Notes under the pieces: model-generated
What the model was told of the DNA's origin: nothing
The model's database searches: none
Seen by the model: the letters and a program-made list of their open reading frames with translations, nothing else
Translations under genes and position numbers: made by a program
Origin: Octopus sinensis
Lineage: Eukaryota
Assembly: GCF_006345805.1 (NCBI RefSeq)
Contig: NC_043013.1
Location: 50,282,001 to 50,346,000, forward strand
Direction: 5' to 3'
Length of the DNA: 64,000 bases
In this document: piece by piece, positions 12,789-27,028 of the stretch
How positions within the stretch are numbered: the first letter of the stretch is position 1
How the letters are laid out: every line of letters starts with the position of its first letter

Positions 12789-13608
12789 CACACACACAAC
12801 ATATATATTTATACACATTTATGTTTATGTATATGTGTATATATATGTACATATTATACATACATACATACATACATACATCAACAAAACTTCAGGAAGA
12901 ATGAACAAATTTATAATTAACAACCAGCATCATGATCAGAATCATAATCAACATTTTAATTAACATCATCATTAACATCAGTAACAACAAGAGTATATAT
13001 AAAAAAAAACAAAAACAAATAACACAACCTGCAACGACAACAACAGTAGCAGAATCAGAGGCAGCAGGAGCAGCAGTAGCAGTCATAATACAGATGTATG
13101 AATAGAAGAGACAAATGGAAGTTGTGTCGTTCATTCGTTTCCCGATGAACGCAGGCAGAGCGTGGGATACAACATGAAATAACTAGGAATTGAAACCCGA
13201 TCGTTTTCATTTGTAGTTGGGTTGATGGTTATTTGTTATCAATGGAATGAATTGAAAAAGTAATTATATGGGTGGATATATATCTGTATATATATATATT
13301 ATAATATATATATATATATATAATATATAATAATATATATATATATATATTATATATATATATAGATTATATATATTTGTATATCTATATGTATATATGT
13401 ATATATATATATATGTATTAGATTATAGATTACAAATTGAGATAGGGGTGTGAGTGTTAACCCTCTATGGATGGAAGGGATAAATATCCAATATACTGCA
13501 GTAAAGCACCCAATAAAGTTATACATAAATGTTAAGAATTGCGATACAATTAATTCATTTATTGTATTATATGGGCGAAGGTAAAATGTTTTACCTCGAA
13601 TTCATAAT

Positions 13609-14080
13609 ACAAAATAAGAAAATGGAGGAATGCACTTTAATCAATAATCAACTACCAGATAATATCCATTCACATAATTTATTAACCAACTACATAGGAA
13701 CATCAAGATCAAACACAATAATACAGAACAAAACAGTGCACATCAATGAGTAATAGGATACAATAAGTACAATACGTATAAATAAATATAAATAAATATA
13801 AATATAAATAAAAACTATATCTTACAGCTGTTTCAGCCATATCTACATGGCTGAAACAGCTGTAAGATCTAGTTTATATTTATATTTATATTTATTTATA
13901 TTTATTTATACGTATTGTACTTATTGTATCCTATTACTCATTGATGTGCACTGTTTTGTTCTGTATTATTGTGTTTGATCTTGATGTTTCCTATGTAGTT
14001 GGTTAATAAATTATGTGAATGGATATTATCTGGTGGTTAGTGATTATTGATTAAAGTGCATTCTCCATTTTTTATTTTGT
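13609..14080. repeat. Near-perfect ~470-bp palindrome with a 6-nt loop at 13841-13846
   Basis: Arms 13609-13840 and 13847-14080 are reverse complements, differing mostly by small indels. Confidence 0.9.
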
Positions 14081-14172
14081 CTATATATATATATATATTA
14101 TATATATATTATATACTATATAGATATATATATATATACTCTGTATATATATATTATATATATATATATTAG

Positions 14173-14203
<31 letters not shown>

Positions 14204-14484
14204 TATTATATATATATATATATATATATATCTGTATATATATATATTATATATATATTATCTGTAGATTATATATGTATATATATGTATATATATATGT
14301 GTATGTATATATATGTGTATGTATATATGCATATATATGTATGTATATGTATATAATATATATATATATATGTATATATATGTATTATATATTATATATA
14401 TCAGATATATATATATAAAATATATATAGATAATATAAAGAATATACATAAAATATATACATACATACATACATACATCATGCA

Positions 14485-14516
<32 letters not shown>

Positions 14517-14530
14517 TATATATATTATAT

Positions 14531-14829
14531 AACATATTCTATTGTGCGGGGAGAGTCATTTTCTGTTGTGCGGATAATGTAAACACATCACCGGGTATAA
14601 AATTCCACTTATTTCTTATTTTTATTTCCTAAAACTTTCGTTGCGTCTTGCAACCTTTGCAATAGTTTTGACTCTGTCCGTTATTTCAAAACTATTGAAA
14701 GGTTTGCAACACGCAACGAAAATTTAAGGAAAATAAAAATAAGAAATAAGTGGAAATTTTACTGGTGAGTGTGTTACATTATAAGGCACAAAAAGAAAAT
14801 GACTCTCCCCAGACACAATAGAATATGTT
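14531..14829. mobile_element. ~300-bp foldback/MITE hairpin
   Basis: aacatattctattgtg..gggagagtcattttc ... gaaaatgactctcccc..cacaatagaatatgtt; self-complementary over almost its whole length. Confidence 0.8.
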
Positions 14830-14980
14830 TCAACACACGAACTCATATAAATAATCTTGCAAACCAAATCCCAAAGCGAAATATAATATATTAATATGTA
14901 TAAATAAATATATATACATATAAATTGTGTGTGGTAAGTAGTTATAAATACATACATTACACACAAAAAAGCACACATTT

Positions 14981-15037
<57 letters not shown>

Positions 15038-15389
15038 TATATATATTATATATATATATATCACATATTATATATGTACACCACACACGCACACACACAC
15101 ACACGCACGCACGCACACATGCGCGCACACACACACCACACTCACACGCACGCACACACACATGCACATATATGGGAATGAATTTAATGATAAACAAGTT
15201 GAACTCGCTCAGACTATTTTATATCCCACATAAAATAAAGTTTTTCGTTCTGGATTTAATATTTTTTGTAAATCGAATCGCCAAACTTGCTCGTCCTTAC
15301 ATTTACTTCTCTTCCTGGTCAATTTCAAATCGCTTGACAGATGAAATGTATTCATAACAGGAGAATATTATCTTCTCTATCATCTATCG

Positions 15390-15456
<67 letters not shown>

Positions 15457-16232
15457 ATCCATCCATCCATCATCCATCCATCTATCTATCTATCTATCTA
15501 CTATCTATATATCTATCTATATCTATCTATCTATCTATCTATCTGAACTCTGTTTATTCTTTAGTTCGTTTCAGTACATTTGACTGAGGCCATGCTGGAA
15601 GCACCGCCTTTACTCAACAAATTGACCCCAGGACTTATTCTTTGTAAGCCTAGTACTTATTCTTTGTAAGCGCAAAGGTGCACGCAGTGGGACTGAACAC
15701 GGAACCATGTGGTTGGGGTAAGCAAGCTACTTACCACAGACATCCTGTGTGTGTATGTGTATATATATATATATATATATATTATAATATATATATATTA
15801 TATATAATAGTTATGTATATACTTATATACATAAATCACACCACACACACATGTATGTATTGTTAGAGGCTGAAGTTTTTTGTTTGAATGATTTACCTGA
15901 GTTTCACGTTTCCGATTTTTCAAACGATCGAAGTGGAGATGCAGCTGACAATACTTACAATACTTAACCGAAATATTCGTAAACATGTCGAAATGAGATG
16001 ACTCAACGATATTTCTAATCGTGAAAATGTATTTCAAACATTCGTCTTCCTCTGTAGAGACACCGTATGCTAATTAAACGTACGTACATACATACATAAT
16101 GCATACATACATATATATATATACATACCTACATACATACTTACATACATGTATATTCATACATACATACACATACGCACACAAACAACAAATTTGCCTA
16201 TATTTTTCCCGCTTGGAAATACACCCCCCTTG

Positions 16233-16300
<68 letters not shown>

Positions 16301-16302
16301 AT

Positions 16303-16391
<89 letters not shown>

Positions 16392-16597
16392 TATATATAT
16401 TTTATGGATATTACGTATGTGGGTCTCCATATACAACTTCACTCATCATCCATTTTCAAAATGAACTGCAGGAAATTGTTAACACCACCGTATTTTTATT
16501 GCTGAACATTAACTTCATAGAAATAAAGTGATTAGGAAATAGATGAACGATAAAATTTGATATTTTGTTGATGATCCGTTGAGTTTTAATATATAAA

Positions 16598-16884
16598 CAG
16601 TGGCGGATTGGGTCTAAAAATATTGGTTACTAGGAGACTAAGGGACCCAGCTGCAGCTACAATGCTATCATTTAATTTTTGTTTGTTTTGTTAAAAGAAT
16701 TCTTTTCAACTGTCTACAAACACAGCCAGGCTGAAATAATTTAAATGCATTCTTCCCGGAGTAAATAAAAAATTCTCAAACTTGAAGGTATGGGCTCCTT
16801 AAATACTAACACGGGTCCCCATATCTAGAGTCTAACGGCGCAGCGGCCCACTTGCCATCGAGCAAGCTGACCAGTCCGCCACTG
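16598..16884. mobile_element. MITE with CAGTGGCGGA TIRs (hAT-like)
   Basis: cagtggcggattgg ... ccagtccgccactg. Flanks tatataaa / tatatata (7/8 match, possible 8-bp TSD). Confidence 0.7.
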
Positions 16885-16887
16885 TAT

Positions 16888-16943
<56 letters not shown>

Positions 16944-17058
16944 GATCAGTGATACGATAAAATTAATTAATAGTAAACGGAAGTAGAGACATCATACATT
17001 CTGAACACCGTATCAATTCATATATATTGAGCTCTCTCTCTTTGTCTCATATAAATCA

Positions 17059-17116
<58 letters not shown>

Positions 17117-17345
17117 CGTGTGTATATACACATATATGTTTATATATTATACACACGGAACACACACATTTACATTACTCTCTTTCTCCACATATATATA
17201 AATATATCTATATCTATATCTATCTATCTATCTATCTATCTATCTCTATATATCTTTAAATATGTATATATATATATATTATATATATATATATATTCTA
17301 TATATATATATATAGATATATATTATATATATTATATATATATAT

Positions 17346-17385
<40 letters not shown>

Positions 17386-17444
17386 CCACAAACAGAGAGA
17401 ATGTGAGAGAATAATGTTATTAACTGCATTAATTGACAAAGGAA

Positions 17445-17500
<56 letters not shown>

Positions 17501-18139
17501 CATAAACAATACATACGTAAATACATACGTGTACACATACACACATACAACCCCTCCCGGACACACGCACGTACACCCCCTACACATACCCTCCTACATA
17601 CATATATACACACACACACACACACTGACAACTGCTACTGTATGTAGAATCAATAAATCATGTGTATCTACACAGATCAGGCACGACCAGGAAACGAACC
17701 CGCTAGCAGAAGATCACTGGCGTAAAAAAAAAAAAATAATAATTGCCAAAAAAACTGTAGCACTTCCTACCACAAATAGATATATATATACAATAATTTT
17801 TTTTTTCTTTTTGAACCTGAAATTTCACAGCCTCATCTTGTAGTGGTTTGGTGGTGGCGGTGGTGGTTGTGGTCGTGGTGATGGTAGTGGTGGTGATGGT
17901 GGTGGTAGTGGTAGTGGTGGTGACTAATAAAAACATTTTAGTAGTGTTAGTATGGGAGATGGCTGTGGTGTTGGTTTCGGTGGTGTTTGTGTGGTGGTAG
18001 TGGTGTGGTTGTGGTGGTGGTGGTGGTTGTGTGTTAGTGGTATTGGTAGTAGTTAGTGTATATAGATCTGGTATTTTTAGCAGTGGTGATGGTAGTGGTG
18101 GTGGTGGTGGTGGTGATGCTGGTAACGACAAGGGCTTTA

Positions 18140-18640
18140 AAAAAGGCTGAAATATAGCAGGCGTTTCTCGTTGGCCACTGCTAGGGCATATTTTGTTTTT
18201 AACATAGGAAATCCATAAGAGAAGTTATCTCTGGACAAATACTGCAGTAATTGGCCTAGCAACAGTGTATATACATTACGCATGGCACACAAATGGCTAT
18301 TTTAATAAATATACTACCTCAATTGCACATACCGGATTTTTAATCAGCCGAACGGCTTTCCGCAACATCAGTGAATGTTTTAAACACCTTTTTATACACC
18401 ACAGATTGCAAACTCTCATCCAAGCAAATAGATGGTTGCGAGTATGCAGCTTTGAAAAGACCCCCAAAGGCTGAAATGCATTAGGGGTTCTTGCTGGCCA
18501 CTGCTGGGATGTATTTCCATCTCCCTGATTACTTATTATGTTTTTAACACAGCTCGTCCATAAGAAATGTTATCTCAGTGCAAATACTGCAATGACTGGT
18601 CTGTCGACAGTGTAAATACATTAAGTATGATACATCGATG
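18140..18640 (+). repeat. ~324-bp monomer repeat, ~1.5 tandem units; a further copy lies at 63230-63470
   Basis: aaggctgaaat..ggccactgct..ccataaga..aaatactgca recur with a period of ~324 nt. cattaagtatgat..gctatt..gcaacatcagtgaatg..ttgaaaagacccc is shared with 63230-63470. Confidence 0.7.
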
Positions 18641-19389
18641 GCTATTATAATCGTAATAGTATTAAGAGTAGCGGTGGTGAGGGTTGTGGTCATAACAGAG
18701 AAATAGTAGTATTTGTAGAGGCGGTGATGGTGGTGGTTATAGTTAATAGGTTTGGTTTCATAGTTGTAATGGTGGTGCTTGTAATAGTGGCATAGTGGTA
18801 GTAGTAGTGGTGGTGGTATCGGTGCAGGCTGTGATTGTTGTGGTGGTGGAGTAAATAGATCTGGCATTTATAGAGATGATGGTGCTAATTGTAGTAGTTG
18901 TGTTAGTAGTAGTAATAGTAGTTGTAGAAGTAGTAGTAGTAATAGTAGTAGTAGTAATAGAAGTAGTAGTAGTAGTAGAAAAAGTAGTAGTAATAGTAGA
19001 AGTAGTAGTAGTAATTGTAGTAGTAGTAGCAGCAGCAGTAACAGAAGTAGTAGTAGTAGTAATAATAGTAGTAATGATAGTATTAGTAATAGTAGCAGTA
19101 TAATAGTGGTAGTAGTAGTAGTCTAGTAGTAGTAGTAGTAGTAGTAGTAGCAGTAGCAGTGGCAGTGATGGTTGTGATGGTGGTGGTAGATTGGTAGAAT
19201 CGTTAGATGCATCGGAGAAACGCATTGTGGCTTTCTACTGTGGCTCTTTACGTTCTGAGTTCAAATCACATTGGTCATCTTCATTTTTCATTCTCTCGGT
19301 GTTAATATAAAAAAAAGTACTTGTCAAATATGGGGTTTGATTGGTAGCGATTACAACCCATCCCCTCAAAATTTGGAAGACTCACGGCG

Positions 19390-19910
19390 TTGATGAAAAT
19401 CCACTGGTTGGTTTGTTCCGGATGTCTTTTTCGACAGCGGCTCATGGATAATTTCCAGAAATCCCTGGTTTGGCAGTGCTACCGGGTTGACACTGCCGGT
19501 TCGAGACACACTCTACAGGCACGGAAATACCGTCAGCCGGGTCTGCCTAGATCCGCACAAAGCGACGAAACGGTCCTGCATGAATTACTGACATATAGAA
19601 TTACTTTGAAAACCTGCTGTCACTTGTAGGACGAATCTAGTTATCAATGAAGTCCATTGTGCAGATCGTCCCGCCGCCCTGTTTTGGCTGGAAATCACAG
19701 GCTCTGTTTGGTGGTTTTAGCAAATGAGATTACGTGGAGAACCAGATTGAAACAGCTGAAAACAGACATCTTCCTCTTTGGCCAAGCCCTCATCAACTTT
19801 TTCTTGTTTAACCTGAGATGGGAAGTGAGGTGGGAGACGGAAGTGCTGCCTTTCAGCAAATTTGTTAAGGAGTGACTGAGAATTGTAAACAAGGTCGGAA
19901 CAAACGGGCT
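19390..19910 (+). mobile_element. Old Tx1-like LINE 3' fragment
   Basis: MDNFQKSLVWQCYR...QSDETVLH...GQALINFF matches the young family's ORF2 C-terminus. Confidence 0.8.
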
Positions 19911-20650
19911 TACTCTTAGAATGTGCCTATAGACTGGAATAGGACAACGAGGAGAAGGCACTTACGTTAGAGATCAAGGTGATCAGGGCTTGTCTAGGGT
20001 CTCAACAAGTAGCTCCCAGAGGTCTTTCCACTTTTGGGGAATTATTAATCGTTTGGAATATATTCTTTCTCCAAGGTGGCGAGCTGGCAGGATCGTTAGC
20101 ACGCCGGTCAAAATGCTTAGTAACATTTTGTCCGTCTTTACGTTCTAAGTTCAAATACCGCCGAAGTCGACTTGACTTTTCATTCTTCCGAGGTCAATAA
20201 AATAAGTAACCAGTTGAGTATTGGGGTCGATATGATCCACTAGCCCCCCCCCTTCCCTAAAGTTTCAGACCTTGTGTCTTTAGTACAAATGATTATTATC
20301 ATTGTTAAGGTGGGGATTTGGCTGCTTAGTGGGTTTTTCATCCTTCGGGATCGAAAAACCAAATTGTACACCGGGAGGTCGATGTAATGGCCTTATCCCC
20401 CCCCCCCCGAAAATTCTTGGACTTGTACCAAAACTTGACATCAGTATATTACTTCTTTGTTATTTTCTTTTTTGTTCACCTTTTCATATCCCCCCCATTC
20501 AATCGTCATGTACAGCCCCCAAACGTTTTCGTGACCTCTTTGGGGTTAATACAGAAAACATTATTAAAGTACCAGTTGAGCACTGGGGTCGATTTAATCG
20601 ACTAACCTCCTCCAACATAATTTCAGGCCTTGTGCCTATCTTAGAAAGGA

Positions 20651-20712
<62 letters not shown>

Positions 20713-21410
20713 CATATTGGTAGTGGCATTGTGGTAATAATTTATAATGCCCCGAACCAGCGGAATCGTTAGAGCATCAGACAAAATGCCTTATTCTTTT
20801 ACTTGTTTCAATCATTTGACTGCGGCCATGCTGGAGCACCGCCTTTGCGACATTTTTTTCACTTGTTACGTTCTGAGTTTAATTCCTGTCGAAGTCAGCT
20901 TTGCTTTTCATCCCTCTGAAGCCGACAAAATAAGGTCCCAGTTACTTAATGGCCTTGTTGAAATATAGTCGACATATTTTAAAGGAGAGAGCATATTTAA
21001 ATGGTGCAAAGGTGAATGAAAGAAGATAAACACATAGATACAAATACAGAAAAATTGAGAGTAATATATGTATATGTATGTTTGTGTGTGTGTGTGTGTT
21101 TATATATGTATATGTATGTATATGTGTGTGTGTGCATGTATATATATATATATATACACTCACACAAGGTAACCAATGCTTTCATGTCAAGGCATTTTCA
21201 CAATTGTTCTAATCTAAAATAGAGACGAGTATCAACACTTCTACGTGCCACGCTTGAATAGTTGTGAAGGTCTCTTCACATGAAACAATTGGTTACCTTG
21301 TTAATCCACAAATAAAGTTGTGTTGCGTCTATTTATATATATATAATATATATATGTATATATATGTATATATATGTATATATATATTTATATATATTAT
21401 ATATATTATA

Positions 21411-21450
<40 letters not shown>

Positions 21451-21798
21451 CACACATACAAATATACATGTGTATGTGGTGTGTATTTGTATGTTGCTCT
21501 GTGTTAGAAGAATGAGATAGCAGTGCTCAATACACGTTATTGTAGAGGGTACGGTTTTTTATTGAAACTGAAACTGGGAGTTTGTCTTGTGACTCATCTA
21601 CTATATAATGTTATGAGAACTATTATCGCATTCGTTTCACATAAGCCAAAGTACGAATAATATACGGCCTCTATGAGATTGATCACTTCCAACGAACTGA
21701 GAACAGTTCTCGCCTGAAGATCGTATCGGCGCGAGACTCTGGTTCTAAGAGAAAATCTCTTAGTTCAGTCTCAATAAAAAAAAAACTATATATATATG

Positions 21799-21835
<37 letters not shown>

Positions 21836-22197
21836 ACACACGCATATATATTTATAGAGAGTGATAGGAAGGGAGGGGAATAGAATAATTGTATATGAGG
21901 GGGAAAAGACTGTACACTGCTGGGTCTGTGCATCATAGCTGAGCGGTTTCTTTCAAATGCAGAGTAGTAATGCAGAGATGTCTTGCGCATGGGAGCAGAA
22001 CTCTCTAAATGAAGTGTGTTTAAATTTGGTCTGTGTGGTGTGCCATTAGCTGCCTGGGGCTGAAAATATTTGTGTTTCTGATCCTCAGTTCCCTTTTTGG
22101 GTAACTGAGCATTTGTTCGCAGCTTTCTCTTTTTAAAACTGCGAATACATTTCGTAGTCAAAACAATAAATATAAAATGTAAAGTAACAACAGCAAT

Positions 22198-22251
<54 letters not shown>

Positions 22252-22347
22252 TAATAATAATAATAATATAACAACAACAATATAACAACAACAACAGCAA
22301 TAATAACAGCAACAACAATATCTGCAATAATAATAAAATAATAATAA

Positions 22348-22386
<39 letters not shown>

Positions 22387-22640
22387 TCTTTCTACTGAAG
22401 ACACAAAGCCTGAAATTCTCTTTGGGGAGCAGGATGAGTCGATTATATCGACCCCAGTGTTTCACTGCTTCTTAAATTATCGACTCCGAAAGGATGAAAG
22501 GCGAAGTCGACCTCGGTGGAATTTGAACTCGGAACGTAAAGACAGACGAAATAACTCTAAGCACTTCGCCCGGCGTGCTAACGATTCTTCCAGCTCACCG
22601 TCTAGCAATAGTAATAGTAATAATAATAATAATAATAATA

Positions 22641-22672
<32 letters not shown>

Positions 22673-23276
22673 GTTCTCACATAATTGTAGATGTGAGAAC
22701 TATTACTACCTATGTATTTTAATTTAACTTAAAAAAAAAATGAACGAACTATTGAGTTTAGTTTAATGGCCTACCAATGTATACTATGAGTTTCTTTGCC
22801 CTAGGAGTCGGGAAGACACTCGACAAGAAATGGAAGCAAATTTGAAAGAAGGAAAAAAATAATAAATGGGTCCCAGCAGTTTTAGGGGAGGGAGTAAAGT
22901 CAATCGCATCGACTCCAGTACTTGACTGTTACTTTATTTTATCGACCCTGAAAGGAGGAAAGGCAAAGCTGGTTTGGTTGGATTTGGGCTTTGGACATTA
23001 AAAGCCGGAAGAAATGCCGCTAGGCATTTTTGTCCGGTGTTCATTGAAAAAAAATTATATTTTAACAATAGGCAGAAACCCTGAAATTCTAGGAGAGGGG
23101 CTATTTGATTATATCGACCCCAGCATTTGACAGGTACTTTGTTTTATGGACCCCGAAAGGATCAGAGGCAAAGTTAACCTCGGCAGAATTTGAACTCAGG
23201 TCACAAAAAATCCCGGAAGAGCTGCTACTAAATATTTGGTCCCATGTGCTAACAATTCTGCCGGCACGCCTCTTTC

Positions 23277-23331
<55 letters not shown>

Positions 23332-23375
23332 TAATATTAATGATAATAATAATAATAATAACAATAATATTAATG

Positions 23376-23416
<41 letters not shown>

Positions 23417-24605
23417 TTCTTTGATGAGCAATACCCGTACTGGAGTTCAAGAAGTTAGTATTCCTGAAATCTGAGCTAAATTCAAAACATATTAGTGACA
23501 GACTCGATAACCCAAGAAATCGTGGGGAAATTCATTTAAATAAAAGGTGGGTCCTTCATAAGAAAAAAGTTCGGAACCACTGTTTTATATTATCAAATTG
23601 ATTGGGAAGGTGAGCCTGTGATGTTCATCCCAAAAAGAAAGGATTTTAGTCTTGTTGGTGGAAATATCTCCAATCAGAAATGAAAAACAGATTGCGGTGC
23701 ACTTACCTCTCCGTTTGCTCGGTATTTCTACCCCCAGAATAATTTCGCTATTATCATTATGTCTCAATGATCTCTGAAGACCGCATAGCTATTCCTGAGT
23801 TGTATCGATTTGTGGGGACAGAAAGAAAAGGAATTTGATTGGGGTTTCAGAGTAGAAGGCCCAATTGTCTTAGAGATTACAATTAGAGTCACTTGGGAGT
23901 CATATCAGTCCCGATAAGCGTCTGAGAAAAACTACTCTCTTGTTTCGTGTTTGTGGAGGTGTGGTTCTTCTCAGAGAACGTAGAAAAGAAGAAAAGAAAG
24001 AGTGGCGAAAAGCAGCAGGGTTAGAAACAACAACAGCAACAACTGCCGTTTTCATGGCACCATTGGGCACAGATCCAGGAAGGACTGGAAAAAAAAGCGC
24101 TCGATTTTTTTGCCAAGGGAAGACGATGAGAGAAATGAGGGTCTACCCTAACTAGTTGAAGAAGGTCGTCGTCTTGTGACGATAAGAACCAAATGGAGGC
24201 TGGAGTGCAATAGCTGGCTGGAAAGTTACGGTTGGTAAAAAAAAAAGAGAGAAAAGAATGATAAAGGCAGGGAAGGAAATGAATTAAATGAATAAAAACC
24301 AAAAACACAAGAAGCGAAAACACTCTACTTGCACTGGTAGGACACAAGATTGGTAGTTGTGCGAAATATCGACGAAATTCTGATCGATCTAAAGAACGAC
24401 TCAAAGGAAGAAAGGAAGAAACAGAGAACAATATAAGGGTCGAGGAGGAGGAGGAGGAGGAGGAAGAGAATATACTTATCGGAGACTGAAAGGTAAAGTT
24501 AACTTTAGATTTGAACTAAGAACATATACTGCTAAACATTTTGTCGATTCTGCCAGTCTATTGCCATAACTAATAATAATAATAATAATGATAATAATAA
24601 TAATA

Positions 24606-25202
24606 ATGGCGGCGCAAGATCAAAGCTTGCTTACCAAAAACTACCCGGCTGATGTTCGTTAAAACAGTTCTGACTCTAAACGCAAATTCTGCGACACATT
24701 TGATGAAACAATAGACCATTTCGTCACGGGATGAACTGTGCTGACACCAAACGAATACAAAAATCGCAACGATAGGGTAGAACGGTATTTACATTGGAGA
24801 ATATGTAAACACTACAAAATCAGTACTCCTGCTTACTGGTATGAACGTCATCCTGAGTCAATCGTTGAAGGTAAAAATGTCACTATCCTCTTTTTTCATC
24901 ATACCTAGTGCACTAGGTATCATAAAGTAGGGGTGTCAGAAACATTTAGATAACATCCCAGGAGAACCATGTCTCAGAGAAATCCAAAAGATTGTGATGA
25001 CAAGTACTGCCCACATCCTTAGAAAAACCCTATCAATTTAAATGTCAATGTTGTATTACATGAAGGTATTTCGCAACTGCCCCTCCCACTTCCCCTCCTC
25101 AAGTTCTCGGTCATACTATAACATCTCTTATCCTTCACTTGCCCTAGGACGCTGGTTGTGTCTCGGCAAGTGATTGTAACAGACATGCAGCTTAAAAGTA
25201 TG
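24606..25202 (+). mobile_element. R4/Dong-like (RLE-type) non-LTR retrotransposon 3' fragment inserted in (TAA)n
   Basis: AAQDQSLLTKNY....D.K.KFC...DETIDH.V.G..VL..NEY.NR.DRV..YLHW.IC..Y....WYE.HPE..V.GKNVTIL/.ALG.IK....KHL..IPG.....EIQKIV...TAHILRK.LS*. (TAA)n on both flanks; the RLE core is deleted. Confidence 0.75.
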
Positions 25203-25266
25203 TAATAATAGTAATAATAATATAATAATAATAATAATAATATATAATAATAATAATAATAATATA

Positions 25267-25365
<99 letters not shown>

Positions 25366-25811
25366 GAGCCTTTCTACTATAGGCACAAGACCTGAAATTT
25401 TTGGGGAGGGGACCCCAGGATTTTGGCCATCGTGCTAACGATTTTGCCAGCTCACCGTCTTAATAACAACAACAACAACAACAATAATAATAGTAATAAT
25501 AATAATAATGGTTTCAAATTATGCCACAAGGGCAGTAATCTTGGGGGAGGGAACTTGTAGAATACATCGATCCCAGTGTTTCACTGGTACTTAATTTATC
25601 GACCCCGAAAGGAGGAAAGGCCAAATCGACATCGGCGGAATTAGAACTCAGAACGTAGCGACGGGCGAAATACTGCTAAGCATTTCGTCCTGCACGCTAA
25701 CGATTTTGCCAGTTCGCCGCCTAATAAACCTCTCTTATATATTAACAAGGCCTAGAATTTTGGGGGAGGGCGCTATAATAATACTTATTATTATTATTAT
25801 TATTATTATTA

Positions 25812-25853
<42 letters not shown>

Positions 25854-26234
25854 GAGGAATGTGCTGCTTCTCCCCAGTAAAACTGTTGAAAGTTGGGTGA
25901 ATATATAGAGGTTGGCCCAAGTGAGTGGACCTACACTAAGCTGCTCCTACAGGCTGAAGATGATGGAGGAGAGAGGAACCCTTACAATGGTACTCCTTGT
26001 GAGAAGGGGGTTGGGGATCTATGTGCTGCCTTGGTTACCCCTGGATGGGGTGTGCTTACCTCTTTAGGAAATTTTGTTTCTTGTTAAATATATTTTTTTA
26101 ACTATTCACATGGTTTTGTATAAATCCTGACTGTTCTTTGTCTTTCTTTAGTCGTAATGTTTTTGGCGGCCCCTGAGGCCAATAAAGAATTATCATTATT
26201 ATTATTGATGGCATTCCCAACTTTCATCAATACC

Positions 26235-26268
<34 letters not shown>

Positions 26269-26543
26269 TCATTGTGGTCATCATGATCGTCGTCGTCGTC
26301 GTCAATATCATCATAATAATAACCATCATCATTATTATCATGATGATGATGATGATGATGATCATCATCATCATCACCAGTAGCAACATCAACATCGTTA
26401 ACACCACCACCACCACCACCACCAATACCACCACTACCACCACCACATCGCCACCGCCACCACCACCACCAGCAGCAACATCACCATCCACATGATAACC
26501 GTCATCACCGTCGACGCCGTCATCATCATTACCATTCATCGTT

Positions 26544-26578
<35 letters not shown>

Positions 26579-26714
26579 TAATAACATCATCAACAACAAC
26601 AGCAACAGCAACAGCATTATCTTCTAGTTAATCAACTGCATTTCACGATCAGCTCAATTTCTGAAAAAATCAAGGTAGAATGAACGAATGAATAAATAAA
26701 TAAATAATCCTACA

Positions 26715-26746
<32 letters not shown>

Positions 26747-26760
26747 TATGTATGCATGTA

Positions 26761-26837
<77 letters not shown>

Positions 26838-26955
26838 CTATATATATATCAGTTTAAATACACAATCGAAAGAGCTACTGATAGTTTCATGCGTCTATGC
26901 GGCTTGAACAGACATAATTCTTCTTAAAGCAATCTTTCAGGCTCTGTTTATTCGT

Positions 26956-27006
<51 letters not shown>

Positions 27007-27028
27007 GGGAGTATAACTCCAAACTTAT

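Noticed and set aside
17660-17735. GC-richer island after a strong minus-strand polypyrimidine tract and cag (possible exon DLLLAGSFPGRA*)
   Set aside because: It is too short, with no recognisable homology and no partner exon established.
21713-21750. cctgaagat...gagactc, a possible hammerhead
   Set aside because: GAAA is not intact and stems I and II do not pair convincingly.
23900-24055. 51-aa minus ORF containing VVSNPAA, similar to the GAD C-terminal VISNPAA
   Set aside because: The true last GAD exon is at 29341-29514. The rest of this ORF shows no GAD similarity, so the match is judged coincidental.
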